DNA of 64,000 nucleotides from an uncultured delta proteobacterium (GCA_963804165.1 CAWDPO010000045.1:1-64000); one strand, 5' to 3'. Counted from the first letter of the stretch, positions 50,766 to 60,545 are shown. Notes: generated by a model not told the origin, from the letters alone. Numbers and translations are program-made.

Positions 50766-52478
50766 ATGCACGGCGGACAGGCGATATTGAAAGCGATCGA
50801 ACGGAGCGGCATCGATTTTATTTTGTCCTCGCCGGGGTCGGAGTGGCCGCCGGTTTGGGAAGCTTTGGCCGACGCCGCGGCGCGCGGCGCGAAAAATCCC
50901 AAATACATCAACTGCCGCCACGAAGCCGTCGCCGTCGCCATGGCAGCGGGCTACGCGAAAGTCACCCATCGACCGCAGGTGGTCATGCTGCACGCCACCG
51001 CCGGACCGCTCAACGCGGCGATGACGTTGCGCGCCGCGCTGCAAGAACGCACACCGATGGTGATCATCAGCGGTGAGATCGCCGCCTACGGCGAAAACAC
51101 CAAAGTCGCGGATCCCGGCGGCCAGTGGCTGCACGACCTCACCGATCTCGGCGGTTCGCCCGACTTGTTGCGCGGTTGCGTCAAGTGGGCCGACCGTGTC
51201 ATGTCAGCAGAACTTTTGGCGTCGACCATCGAGCGCGCCGTGCGCATCGCCATGGAGCCGCCGGCAGGACCGGTGCTCATAGGAATTCCCTTTGAGTGCA
51301 TGATGGAAGAAGTCAATTACATCGAGCACGGCAAAGCCAATGAAGTGGTGCGCGCCCACGAGGTCGGTGACGATGCCATCAATAAGACGTTGAATCTCAT
51401 CGCCGCAGCAAAAAATCCGGTGGTGTTAACCGAACACGTCGGCGGCGATCCGCGCGCGGTCGAGCGGCTGGTCGAACTTTGCGAGTTGTTCGCGATCCCC
51501 GTCATGGAGAGTTACCGTCCGGCGTTTATGAATTTTCCCCGCACCCATCCGCTCTATCTGCATCATGATCCCAAGCTCGTCGACGCGGCGGATTTAGTCC
51601 TGATGGTCGATGCCGTAACGCCTTGGTATCCGGCGAGCAAGACGCCGAAAAACGCCAAGATCGTTGCCATCGCCGACGAGTTTCCCAACTCGCGGTTACC
51701 GTACTGGGGTTATAATGTCGATCTTGCTTTGGTCGCGCCTCCGGCAACGACGCTCGAGAAACTCGTGAAGAAAGCCAAGGCATCCGAACAGGTCGCGGCC
51801 AACCGCTCTGTGTACCAACAACGGCTGGCGCATACGCGCGAGCAGCACGATACCTATTTCGGCAAACTAAAAGAAGAAGCGCAAAAGCACGCTGATGAGA
51901 CGCCGATCGATCCGCGTTGGGCCTGTCACGCGCTCGGCGAGGCAATTCCCGAGAACGCCGTCATCTCCGAGGAGACCACAGTCTATCGCGGCCTGATCCA
52001 GGAAACGATTCCACGCAGTCAAACCCAATCGTATTTCGCGCGGATCACGGGCGGATTGGGCGTGGGTCTAAGTTATGCCCTAGGGGTCAAATTGGCCCTG
52101 CCCGATCGTCCGGTTTTTGCGCTGATCGGCGACGGCGCCTTTCACTACAACGCCGTGCCGTCTTGTCTTGGCGTCGCGGAAGAATACGGTCTGCCGATTC
52201 ACGCGGTGATTTTTAATAATGGCCGCTATCTGTCAATGGAAACCAGCTTGATCAAATATTTTCCCAACGGGGCGGCAAAAAAGACCGGCGTCCATTTCGG
52301 TGCCGAGATCGGTCCCCGACCCGATTACCAATACTACGGCAAAGCCCACGGCGGTTACGGCTACCGCGTCAGCAACCCCGGCGAAATCAAAACCGCGGTC
52401 GAACAAGCGCTCAAGCACGAGGCGGAAGGCAAGCTTACTGTGATCGACGTCGTGCTGAGCGATTTAAATCCAAGATAG
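50766..52478 (+). CDS. Thiamine pyrophosphate-binding protein (benzoylformate decarboxylase/ALS superfamily)
   Basis: PGS, RHE.VAV.MA.GYA, GDGA...FNN TPP motif. Confidence 0.9.
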   Translation: MHGGQAILKAIERSGIDFILSSPGSEWPPVWEALADAAARGAKNPKYINCRHEAVAVAMAAGYAKVTHRPQVVMLHATAGPLNAAMTLRAALQERTPMVIISGEIAAYGENTKVADPGGQWLHDLTDLGGSPDLLRGCVKWADRVMSAELLASTIERAVRIAMEPPAGPVLIGIPFECMMEEVNYIEHGKANEVVRAHEVGDDAINKTLNLIAAAKNPVVLTEHVGGDPRAVERLVELCELFAIPVMESYRPAFMNFPRTHPLYLHHDPKLVDAADLVLMVDAVTPWYPASKTPKNAKIVAIADEFPNSRLPYWGYNVDLALVAPPATTLEKLVKKAKASEQVAANRSVYQQRLAHTREQHDTYFGKLKEEAQKHADETPIDPRWACHALGEAIPENAVISEETTVYRGLIQETIPRSQTQSYFARITGGLGVGLSYALGVKLALPDRPVFALIGDGAFHYNAVPSCLGVAEEYGLPIHAVIFNNGRYLSMETSLIKYFPNGAAKKTGVHFGAEIGPRPDYQYYGKAHGGYGYRVSNPGEIKTAVEQALKHEAEGKLTVIDVVLSDLNPR

Positions 52479-52517
52479 TAATGCCGCGCAGCCTCTGGGC
52501 TGAGTGGGCAACTGAGG

Positions 52518-52880
52518 CTAAGTCTTGAGCCCGCTCATAATGCCGCCCCATAGAGCCAAAATCAGGCCGATTGCGGCCAACGTCACGCCAACTAGCGGCA
52601 CGATCAGGAGTAGGCCTAGACCCAAAATCACCAAGAGTATGCCGGGAGCAAGCGGATTGAAGCGCGATCGGCTCGGCTCGCTCTCGACCCGCCGCGTCTC
52701 TTCGGCAATCGTCGAGACCTCTTCATGTAAAAGCGTCTCCGCCAACTCTTTAAGGCCGGAGCGCTTTTCCGGGTCCGCCGTGCGGATGATGCGACTCAGG
52801 TCGGCAACCAGTTTTTCGACTTGCTCTTCCGTTCTTACGCTGACATTGGGGTCGGAAAATGAGCGACTTGCGTTTGGCAT
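52518..52880 (-). CDS. Small membrane protein (two C-terminal TM helices)
   Basis: Open frame with a hydrophobic C-terminal hairpin. Confidence 0.6.
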   Translation of the reverse strand: MPNASRSFSDPNVSVRTEEQVEKLVADLSRIIRTADPEKRSGLKELAETLLHEEVSTIAEETRRVESEPSRSRFNPLAPGILLVILGLGLLLIVPLVGVTLAAIGLILALWGGIMSGLKT

Positions 52881-53183
52881 ATACGCAGTACAGGCGCAAT
52901 GGACGGGCCAGAATCAATTTTCATTGGAATTCAATGAAATGGGCCGGAGTTGACCGCTCGCGGCCGGTTTCAGTGCAGGAAATTTCCTGGTAGTGAATAG
53001 GGAAAACGAGGACGACTCAAAGAGGCGAGTGGAGAATCTGTGAGTCTATCTCAGTGTACCAGTCGATCAGGACACCTTGAACGGGAACATTTTTCAGACT
53101 TTGTGCGGCCGCGAGACCGCTGAATTGCCGATGATCATCACGACGGGATGAATCGCTTTTTTAAAAACAAGAAGGAAAAGCGG

Positions 53184-53216
53184 GCGTCTCGCGAAGCTGG
53201 ACATGCCGCGAGACGC
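53184..53216 (-). terminator. Probable intrinsic terminator
   Basis: GCGTCTCGCG / CGCGAGACGC stem followed by a T-rich tract on the minus strand. Confidence 0.55.
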
Positions 53217-53278
53217 ACAAATTATTTGTCTGCTCGTTACGAGTAGTGGCGTAGAGTGTCGATCACGCTGCGGCCTCT

Positions 53279-53722
53279 CTAGGACGCTAAACGCAAATCG
53301 ATACTCGAAAATTCGTGCTCAGGACCCGTCGCGTGCGAATCAGCACATTGCGATTTCCCCTGTTTATGATCCAGCAGACCGCGTCGAATATATCCCGGCG
53401 TCAGTCCTAAGATTTCGCATAAGTTCTCGAAGGTAAAAACGCCGTCTTCTTCACCTGAGAAAAACCATTGTTCAGTTTCCTGAAAGATTCTCTTGCCGCG
53501 TCCCTTTTTGACAAAGCAAAAACGCAGATAACAATCTATTGCGTCTCTGAGGACCGCTGCAGCCAGCCGTCGTTCCGCCGTCAACGCCGGGCGATTTCGG
53601 TACACGTCCAAGAATTCGTTCACTACCAAAACGTCGGGCTGACCGAATAGCCGTTGCGCCTGCTCTTGATTAGAAAGACTGCCTTCGTACTCCGAACTGA
53701 ATAGACCGTTCGTCCCCAGCAT
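53279..53722 (-). CDS. Hypothetical protein with an HTH-like C-terminal segment
   Basis: ERRLAAAVLRDAI...EQWF...FTFENLCEILGL.PGYIRRGL; GAGGTG RBS. Confidence 0.75.
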   Translation of the reverse strand: MLGTNGLFSSEYEGSLSNQEQAQRLFGQPDVLVVNEFLDVYRNRPALTAERRLAAAVLRDAIDCYLRFCFVKKGRGKRIFQETEQWFFSGEEDGVFTFENLCEILGLTPGYIRRGLLDHKQGKSQCADSHATGPEHEFSSIDLRLAS

Positions 53723-53802
53723 GATTCACCTCTTCCTCAAATAGATTATCGTCGAACTAACCCCAGCCCGACATGGAGCTGAAAAGGTTTGGCCTGTGTC
53801 CG

Positions 53803-53818
53803 TGCAACTCTCGTACCG
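53803..53818 (-). promoter_or_regulatory. Probable sigma54 -24/-12 promoter
   Basis: Minus strand CGGTACGAGAGTTGCA (GG-N10-GC). Confidence 0.5.
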
Positions 53819-54093
53819 CAATATGGAGTTAATCCCCAGCAAAAAAACCGTTGAAAATACGTGGTTGAAGAATCATTCTTCCGCTAACTGAGTAGGAAAA
53901 ATCCCAAAGTTGTGGGAAAAACCCTTACACAATTCCCGAGGACGCTGACTTGACGCTTGGTGGTTTAACGGGACACGAGGTAGAAAATATGCCGATAGTG
54001 AGCGGCGAGACGACCCGGGAAATCGGCGAACCAGGTTGTCGTCTGTGCGGGATGGTGGCAAACGCCAACCATCGATTCTGCGAGAGATTTAAT

Positions 54094-55089
54094 TTAACGT
54101 AGCCGCGCAAAGAAGCCGCTGTCGTCCAACTTTTTGCAGAGACTCATGTCCGCAATGTCTTCCGGCTTGAGCTCCGCCGCTTTGGGATTAAGCCCGTGCT
54201 GCGCCACCAGCTTTAACACCGAGGCGATTCCCGGGAAGCTTGGACATGGCTTGCGCGGGAAGGATTCAGCGATCGTCTGATAAGCGCGTTCTAAACGATC
54301 GGCGCGATCGATCCGTAAATTGCGCGCGATACTGTCGACGACAATTTTCTTATTCGCAGGATTTTGCACAAAGGCGACGCCTTCGATGACCGCTTTCGAG
54401 AGGTTCTCGACGACTTGCGGATTGCCACGAATATATTTGCGCGATGCGACCAAGCCCGACGATTGAAACGGGACATTTGCTTTGCCCAGATCGAACAGCG
54501 CCGGATAACCCTGTTGCACCACGATCTGCTCGACCTCCGGATTGAAAAATGCGGCGTCGATGCCTCCGGCGAACAAAGCGGACATGCGTTCCGGCGTGCT
54601 GCCCGTGTTCAAAAGCGTGATACGGTCGCGCCGCGGCACCAGGCCCAGATGGTCCAGCCCCACGTAAGTCGCCAGCGCGAGCGAGCCTGACGGCGTACCG
54701 ATACCAACTTTCTTGCCCTTCAAATCTTCGGGATTCTTGATCCCCGGTCGCACGTTCAAAAAGTAGCTTAGCTTTTCCTCCATGCCGAGGAGCATCGTCA
54801 TGTCGCCACCCGCGGTAACCGCGTTGGTGACATGGGTAGCGCCGAGCAAGCCGAACTGAATATCGCCAGCGAGCATCGACTGCATCGCCCGCCCGGCGAT
54901 AATGTAGATCAACTGCGGATCGACGTTGTATTTGCGGAAGATCCCTTGCTCCTTGGCAATCCACAGCGGCATCGCGTTGCCGCCGATGGCGCCGTATGCG
55001 AGCAAGAACTTCGCGGGCGTCTCCGCCGCGTTGCCGGTGCCCGTGAAAACGAAAGAGAAAATAACCGCAGTCAGCCATCGACTCTTCAT
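54094..55089 (-). CDS. ABC transporter substrate-binding protein (NMT1/SsuA-like)
   Basis: Signal peptide, WIAKEQGIFRKY, DLKGKKVGI. Confidence 0.85.
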   Translation of the reverse strand: MKSRWLTAVIFSFVFTGTGNAAETPAKFLLAYGAIGGNAMPLWIAKEQGIFRKYNVDPQLIYIIAGRAMQSMLAGDIQFGLLGATHVTNAVTAGGDMTMLLGMEEKLSYFLNVRPGIKNPEDLKGKKVGIGTPSGSLALATYVGLDHLGLVPRRDRITLLNTGSTPERMSALFAGGIDAAFFNPEVEQIVVQQGYPALFDLGKANVPFQSSGLVASRKYIRGNPQVVENLSKAVIEGVAFVQNPANKKIVVDSIARNLRIDRADRLERAYQTIAESFPRKPCPSFPGIASVLKLVAQHGLNPKAAELKPEDIADMSLCKKLDDSGFFARLR

Positions 55090-55166
55090 GGGCAATTCGC
55101 CTTGGCTTTTAGACGGCTTGAACTTTTTGAACGATTTGAACGGCTTGAACAAATTCCGTTCTACGC

Positions 55167-55865
55167 TCAGCTCTTCGCCCGCCTGCCTTGACCGAAAAGG
55201 ATTTTTTTCGCCTCTTCGGTCATCCCGCGGGCATCGGGATTGACCTGGCGCGCCAAAGCATAGGCGCGCTCGACCGCGGGGCGTTTTTGAATGGTTTCAA
55301 ACCAGCGCTTGAGATTGGGAAAATCATTGAGATCCTGGCCTTGCCGTTCGTGCAGCACGATCCACGGATAACAGGCCATGTCGGCGATTGAGTAATCGCC
55401 GGCGACGAAGGCTCGGTCTGCCAGCCGATCGTCGAGCACGCCGTAGAGCCGCTCGGTTTCTTTCGTGTAGCGTTCGATCGCGTAGGTGATTTTCTCGGCG
55501 CTATAATTTCTGAAGTGATGATTCTGTCCGAGCATTGGGCCAAGCCCGCCCATTTGCCAGAACAGCCACTGCATCACTTCCGCGCGCCCGCGCGCGTCGC
55601 TCGGCAAATAGGCGCCTGATTTTGTAGCAAGATATTCGAGGATCGCGCCGGATTCGAAAATGCTGAGCGGCTCGCCTTCGTCCGCCGGCTCATGATCGAC
55701 GATCGCCGGAATCCGATTGTTCGGTGAGATTTTCAGAAACTCAGGATTGAACTGCTCACCCTTGCCGATGTTGACCGGCTTGATTGAATAGAGAAGACCC
55801 GTCTCTTCCAGAAAAATCGTGATCTTGTGTCCGTTTGGCGTGGTCCAGTAATAAACGTCAATCAT
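55167..55865 (-). CDS. Glutathione S-transferase family protein (YfcG-like, Nu class)
   Basis: TPNGHK, SPNNRIPAIVD, FESGAIL, WLFWQMGGLGPM.GQ. Confidence 0.92.
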   Translation of the reverse strand: MIDVYYWTTPNGHKITIFLEETGLLYSIKPVNIGKGEQFNPEFLKISPNNRIPAIVDHEPADEGEPLSIFESGAILEYLATKSGAYLPSDARGRAEVMQWLFWQMGGLGPMLGQNHHFRNYSAEKITYAIERYTKETERLYGVLDDRLADRAFVAGDYSIADMACYPWIVLHERQGQDLNDFPNLKRWFETIQKRPAVERAYALARQVNPDARGMTEEAKKILFGQGRRAKS

Positions 55866-55879
55866 GGGAACCTCCAAGA

Positions 55880-56327
55880 AGGCTTGAGGCGAGAGGCTTG
55901 AGTAAAAATCTAAAATAGCTTCGACACAAGCGTCGCCAGCATTCTGCTGATCTCTTCGATCTCCTTCAAAATAGAATCACTTTCCGTCACTTTAAGATAT
56001 TTTAACCTTACCGCCAACAAAATTTGAGTCTCTAGCTCAAGCAAGGAGCCTCGAGCGATCGACACATGGTGCCTATACTCCCCCGTGGCCTGTCTTCCGT
56101 ATCCTTCTGCAATATTCGACGGTACAGACACCGCCGCTCGTCGCATTTGAGACACCAATCCCCACTGCTCGACAGATGGAAAACTTTTCGTGAGATGGTA
56201 CACGGTCTCAACCAAATCCATACTACGTTGCCAAACCAAAAGATCTTTGTGACTCGCGACCATCCGAATTTCGGGCTCCTCGTTGTTCCTATTCTTTACT
56301 CTTACTCATGCCTCGCGCCTCAAGCCT
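55880..56327. repeat. 26-bp heptamer-periodic inverted repeat enclosing the four-helix-bundle gene
   Basis: AGGCTTGAGGCGAGAGGCTTGAGTAA (55880-55905) versus the reverse complement of 56302-56327, AGGCTTGAGGCGCGAGGCATGAGTAA (24/26). Confidence 0.85.
55910..56263 (-). CDS. Four helix bundle protein (23S rRNA IVP/Avd-like fold)
   Basis: DLLVWQRS, QMRRAAVSVPSNIAEG, ARGSL.ELETQ. Confidence 0.93.
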   Translation of the reverse strand: MVASHKDLLVWQRSMDLVETVYHLTKSFPSVEQWGLVSQMRRAAVSVPSNIAEGYGRQATGEYRHHVSIARGSLLELETQILLAVRLKYLKVTESDSILKEIEEISRMLATLVSKLF

Positions 56328-56332
56328 CACGC

Positions 56333-57340
56333 CTACTTTCCATAAACCCTATCAATAAACCCTTCCTTTTCCAGCTCGCGCACGATGCTGTCGTCGACCA
56401 GACTGTCCACCGTAACCTTGCTCCCGGGCGCTTGCTTCAAGGCGTCGTCGAGCTGAATTTTCATCCCCTCGCGAGTCGTATAAGGAACGCGCTCCAGTAT
56501 CTTGAAAGTCGAATCGTATGAGCTGTCGAGATACGCCTTGTTAGCGCCGCGCAGGTATTTCGCGACTATCTTTTGCGCGCCTTCCTTATTCGTCTTGAAA
56601 TAATGCGAAGCTTCGATCAGCGCCATCATGACTCGTTTCACCACCGAACGATTTTTCGCCAAATAACTCTTGGTCGTCACGGCGCAGATGAATGGCAGCG
56701 GATAGGGCTTTTTCAGATCGGCCATATCCGCGATAACGCGATGCGGCAGCCCGCCGGGAATCAGGTTCACATTTCCCGGCGGCGACGGAAAGCCGGCGAT
56801 GACGCCACGGCTGAAGCCGGCCGCCCGCTCCGAAGCGCCGCCGACCTGCAGGATTTTCACGTCTTCCTGCGGCCGCAGACCCAAGCCTTTGAGCAACTCC
56901 CGAGCAGCGATGTCCGAAACGCTGCCGAAGCGGCTGATGCCGATGGACTTTCCTTTTAAGTCTTCCGGTGATTTGATGCTGTCGAGCACGACCAATTCGT
57001 AGGCCAGGACATTGATCGTGCAACCGACGCTCACCGTATCGGCCCCTCGCACCGCCGCGTTCGCAACACCGCTCCCCGCTGCGTTGCCCACGTGAATATC
57101 TTGCGCGACGATCGCCGTAACGCCGACCGTCGTACTGCCGATGTAGACCAAATCCACATCCAGACCATTCTTTTTATAGAATCCGCCGTCCTGCGCGATG
57201 GTCCAGATTTGATTGAGCGTGTCCGTCGAGCTGTAGGCGATTTTGATCCTGTCCTGCGCTTGCGTGCAAAGGGGCCAGAGGACGAAAAGAAGCAGGACGG
57301 AACAGAGAAATTTTCGATGACACTCGTTTCGACAATTCAT
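56333..57340 (-). CDS. ABC transporter substrate-binding protein (NMT1/SsuA-like)
   Basis: Signal peptide, G.YKKNGLDV, DLKGKSIGISRFGS. Confidence 0.85.
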   Translation of the reverse strand: MNCRNECHRKFLCSVLLLFVLWPLCTQAQDRIKIAYSSTDTLNQIWTIAQDGGFYKKNGLDVDLVYIGSTTVGVTAIVAQDIHVGNAAGSGVANAAVRGADTVSVGCTINVLAYELVVLDSIKSPEDLKGKSIGISRFGSVSDIAARELLKGLGLRPQEDVKILQVGGASERAAGFSRGVIAGFPSPPGNVNLIPGGLPHRVIADMADLKKPYPLPFICAVTTKSYLAKNRSVVKRVMMALIEASHYFKTNKEGAQKIVAKYLRGANKAYLDSSYDSTFKILERVPYTTREGMKIQLDDALKQAPGSKVTVDSLVDDSIVRELEKEGFIDRVYGK

Positions 57341-57412
57341 AATCCCCCCAGCGTTTAACAGCCTTTCCGAGGGCGCAACATGCTGCGCCCGTACAACCCT
57401 ATTGCCTGTTGC

Positions 57413-59659
57413 CTACTGCCTATTCTCGCGCAGCGCTGCATAAACCTTCTCCGCTGTCACTGGAACGTCGAATAGCCGCACGCCGCACGCGTCATGAACC
57501 GCGTTGGCGATCGCCGCGGGCGGAGTCACGTTGGCATGCTCGCCAATGCCTTTCGCCTCGTAGGGCCCGGGGCCGTTCTTGCCGCCTTTTACCAGCACGG
57601 TCTTGAACTTTGGAATATCGAGGATGTTCGGAATCTTGTATTCGCCGAGATTGGTCGTGGTGATTTTGCCCTGATCGTCGATCAGCTCTTCCATCAAGCT
57701 CGAACCGATCGCCATGATCGCCTCGCCGTCGATCTGTCCCTGATGGCCCAGCGGATTGATGATCGTGCCGACGTCATGGGCGCTGACGAATTTATTCAGC
57801 TTCACTCTCCCTGTCTCGGGATCGACCTCGACCTCCGCCACTTGGGCGATGAAGGAAGTCGACGACCCTTTGCGCGGCACTTCGGTTTCAACGCTGACGG
57901 CCACCGGCGCGTTCGTCGAATTCACCACCTCACTCAACGTCAACAACTTGCGTTTGCTCCCCTTGCTGGAAAACTTGCCTGACTCGTAAACCACTTGATC
58001 TTCTGCGCAGCCGAGCAGAGTCGCCGCTTGGCCATTGAGTTTTTTGCGCAGCTCAGCCGAAGCTTGAAACGCCGCGGCGCTGTTGATGTTGGTCGAGCGG
58101 CTGCCGCCAAAACCGACGTCGACGCTATAAGAAACATCCGCGGTGTTGCCGATGCGGCAACGCACCTGTTCATAAGGCACCTGCATTTCCGCCGCGACCG
58201 TTTGGCAAAGAATTGTTTGCAAGCCCGTTCCCTGATCGCCGGCGACGGTGAACACGGTCAAGCTGCCGTCGAGCTCAGCGGTTAGGTTGACCCAAACTTT
58301 GCCGGCACCGGTGCCGCGCTCATACATCGCCACGCCGCGGCCGACGTTGGCCCGCTTGGGCGATTTCCAGCCCGCCGCATCGAGGGCGGCTTTTAATGTT
58401 TCTTTCGCCTTCACGCCTGTCCAAGATCTACCCAGCGCGTTTTCTTCGCCTTCACCGACGAGATTCATCATACGAAATTTCGCCGGGTCCATTTTTAATT
58501 CCTTGGCGATCAGATCCATATGCGACTCGGAGGCGAACACCGCTTGGATCGCACCCGGCGCGCGCCAGAAACCGCAGGGCACTGTGTTGGTGTACACCTG
58601 CAGCGCCTCCATATAACTGTTGTCGATTTTGTACGGCGTCGCCGATCCGGCGCCACCGATGCTGGCGCGGCCCGGCTTCATGCCGGCGTAGGCGCCGGTG
58701 CCATGGATCGCCTGTAGATAGCGCGCGGTCATCCGGCCATCGCGCTTTACGCCGGTCTTCACCTTGACCACCGTGTAGTGATCCGGGTTCATCGCGGTCA
58801 ATTCTTCGGTGTGAGTTAGAACGATTTTCACCGGCCGCTTGGCTTGCTTGGCGAGGAAATAGCAAATCGGTAATTCACCCGCGCCGCTCTTGCCGCCGAA
58901 GTCGGCGCCGACGTGGACCGCCTGAAGGCGAATCTGGCTCACCGGAATGCCGGCCGCCTTGGCGAATTGGCCGCGCGTACCAAACGGACCTTTGGTCGAG
59001 GCCCAGGCATTGACCTTGCCGTCGTCCTCGATCTTGACGAGAAACGACTGCGGCTCGAGGTAGCCTTGATGATGGATCGGCATGCGGAAAGTGTGTTCCA
59101 AAACTAGGTCGGCTTCAGAAAAGCCTTTTTCGATATCGCCTTTGCCGAAAGTCAGTTTGTTCAATACGTTGCCGCCGGCGGGGGCCATGATATCCGCGGG
59201 CGCGCCGTCGTAACCCGGTGCGTTGTCATGCAAGATCGGCGCACCAGGGTTCATCGCTTCGAGCACGTCGAAGACCGCCGGCAGCTGTTCATATTCGACG
59301 TCGATTAGATTGACCGCTTCCTCCGCTGCGTCGCGGCTTTCTGCGGCAACCGCCGCGACTTTGTCGCCGACGTAGCGCACTTTGTCCCAGCACATAACTG
59401 GAATATCGCGAATGCTCTTGCCTTGATAATGTTCCGGCTCATCTTTGCCGGTGACGATCGCCTTCACGCCCTCAACCTTCCACGCCCTGGAAGTATCGAT
59501 ATTTTTGATACGCGCATGGGGATACGGACTGCGCAGAATTTTTCCCCACAACGCGTCCGCAAAATGCACGTCCGCGCCATAAATCGCCTGTCCGCTGACT
59601 TTGTCCGCGCCCTCGACCCGCCCCACGTTGGCGCCGATGATCGGTGATGTCTTCGCCAT
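57413..59659 (-). CDS. Xanthine dehydrogenase family molybdopterin-binding subunit
   Basis: GADFGGK, WRAPG, DQGTG, GGSRS, AKGIGE. Confidence 0.92.
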   Translation of the reverse strand: MAKTSPIIGANVGRVEGADKVSGQAIYGADVHFADALWGKILRSPYPHARIKNIDTSRAWKVEGVKAIVTGKDEPEHYQGKSIRDIPVMCWDKVRYVGDKVAAVAAESRDAAEEAVNLIDVEYEQLPAVFDVLEAMNPGAPILHDNAPGYDGAPADIMAPAGGNVLNKLTFGKGDIEKGFSEADLVLEHTFRMPIHHQGYLEPQSFLVKIEDDGKVNAWASTKGPFGTRGQFAKAAGIPVSQIRLQAVHVGADFGGKSGAGELPICYFLAKQAKRPVKIVLTHTEELTAMNPDHYTVVKVKTGVKRDGRMTARYLQAIHGTGAYAGMKPGRASIGGAGSATPYKIDNSYMEALQVYTNTVPCGFWRAPGAIQAVFASESHMDLIAKELKMDPAKFRMMNLVGEGEENALGRSWTGVKAKETLKAALDAAGWKSPKRANVGRGVAMYERGTGAGKVWVNLTAELDGSLTVFTVAGDQGTGLQTILCQTVAAEMQVPYEQVRCRIGNTADVSYSVDVGFGGSRSTNINSAAAFQASAELRKKLNGQAATLLGCAEDQVVYESGKFSSKGSKRKLLTLSEVVNSTNAPVAVSVETEVPRKGSSTSFIAQVAEVEVDPETGRVKLNKFVSAHDVGTIINPLGHQGQIDGEAIMAIGSSLMEELIDDQGKITTTNLGEYKIPNILDIPKFKTVLVKGGKNGPGPYEAKGIGEHANVTPPAAIANAVHDACGVRLFDVPVTAEKVYAALRENRQ

Positions 59660-59771
59660 GCAAGATTCTCCTTTGTCTGATTCTATATTAGGCTATTCTG
59701 AGGACCTTCCAATTGTTCAAACCGTTCAATTCGTCTCCGTAAGTTCCAACGATTTGAACTGAACGCAGCGG

Positions 59772-60398
59772 TTGAACGGAGCAAAGCGATTGAACGTTTT
59801 GAACACCAACGTGCACTCACTTCACTGCCGCGCCTGCAAAGAGCGCGTGCGCGAACTGCTGACGGTCATTTACGGCAAATGCCGCGTCAATCGCTCATTT
59901 CCCTGGCCGGCACAGCCCGAGGCATACGCGAATGCACCCGTCGGGGATCAATTGAAACAAATCCGCACCGCCTTGGGTGATTTCCGCGGCCATCGCGACT
60001 TTATCAAAAGCGCTCAGGTTCCGCCTTGCGATTACGTCGTGTCAGACCCGCCTTTTATCTTAGAATTCGATGAGAGCCAACACTTTACCCGCCCGAGAGC
60101 AATTACGCTGGCGCTCTACACGGATGATTTGCAGCTCGGTTTTTCAACATCCCGATGGCGAGAGCTCTGCTGCGAGATCAACGCCGTGGATGATCAGCCC
60201 TTCGACCGCGACGAGCGGCGTGCCTGGTACGATACTCTGCGCGATCTGGTTCCCGCTATCTATGGGCTTGGGCCGACGGTACGGTTGTACGCCGGCGAAT
60301 ACCCCTGGTGCTCACTCAAGGCCGACTCCAACCACGACCGTGGCGTGTTCCTCGATATGCTCTGCGGCCGGATGCCTGGCGGAAAATCGCTGAAATAG
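59772..60398 (+). CDS. Hypothetical protein, possible PD-(D/E)xK/Vsr-like nuclease fold (start uncertain)
   Basis: HCRAC, CDY....FILEFDESQHF, RRAWYD.LRD. Confidence 0.55.
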   Translation: MNGAKRLNVLNTNVHSLHCRACKERVRELLTVIYGKCRVNRSFPWPAQPEAYANAPVGDQLKQIRTALGDFRGHRDFIKSAQVPPCDYVVSDPPFILEFDESQHFTRPRAITLALYTDDLQLGFSTSRWRELCCEINAVDDQPFDRDERRAWYDTLRDLVPAIYGLGPTVRLYAGEYPWCSLKADSNHDRGVFLDMLCGRMPGGKSLK

Positions 60399-60545
60399 CA
60401 ATTAGCTGCCCGTCGGCGAAGACTTTTGCCGGCCCGTTCGTATCAACCATTGAACGGGAGTTTATCTGGCCTTATCTTCGGAGCCCGCTAGTTGTATGAT
60501 TAATTTTGTAAGTCGCGCCCTCATCAATTCGTGTTATTCAACTCT

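Noticed and set aside
55910-56263. Four-helix-bundle gene as DGR Avd or an rRNA intervening sequence
   Set aside because: No reverse transcriptase, TR/VR pair or rRNA gene in the window.
59707-59804. Repeat tracts as a CRISPR array
   Set aside because: The units are 7-9 nt and degenerate, with no unique spacers and no cas genes.
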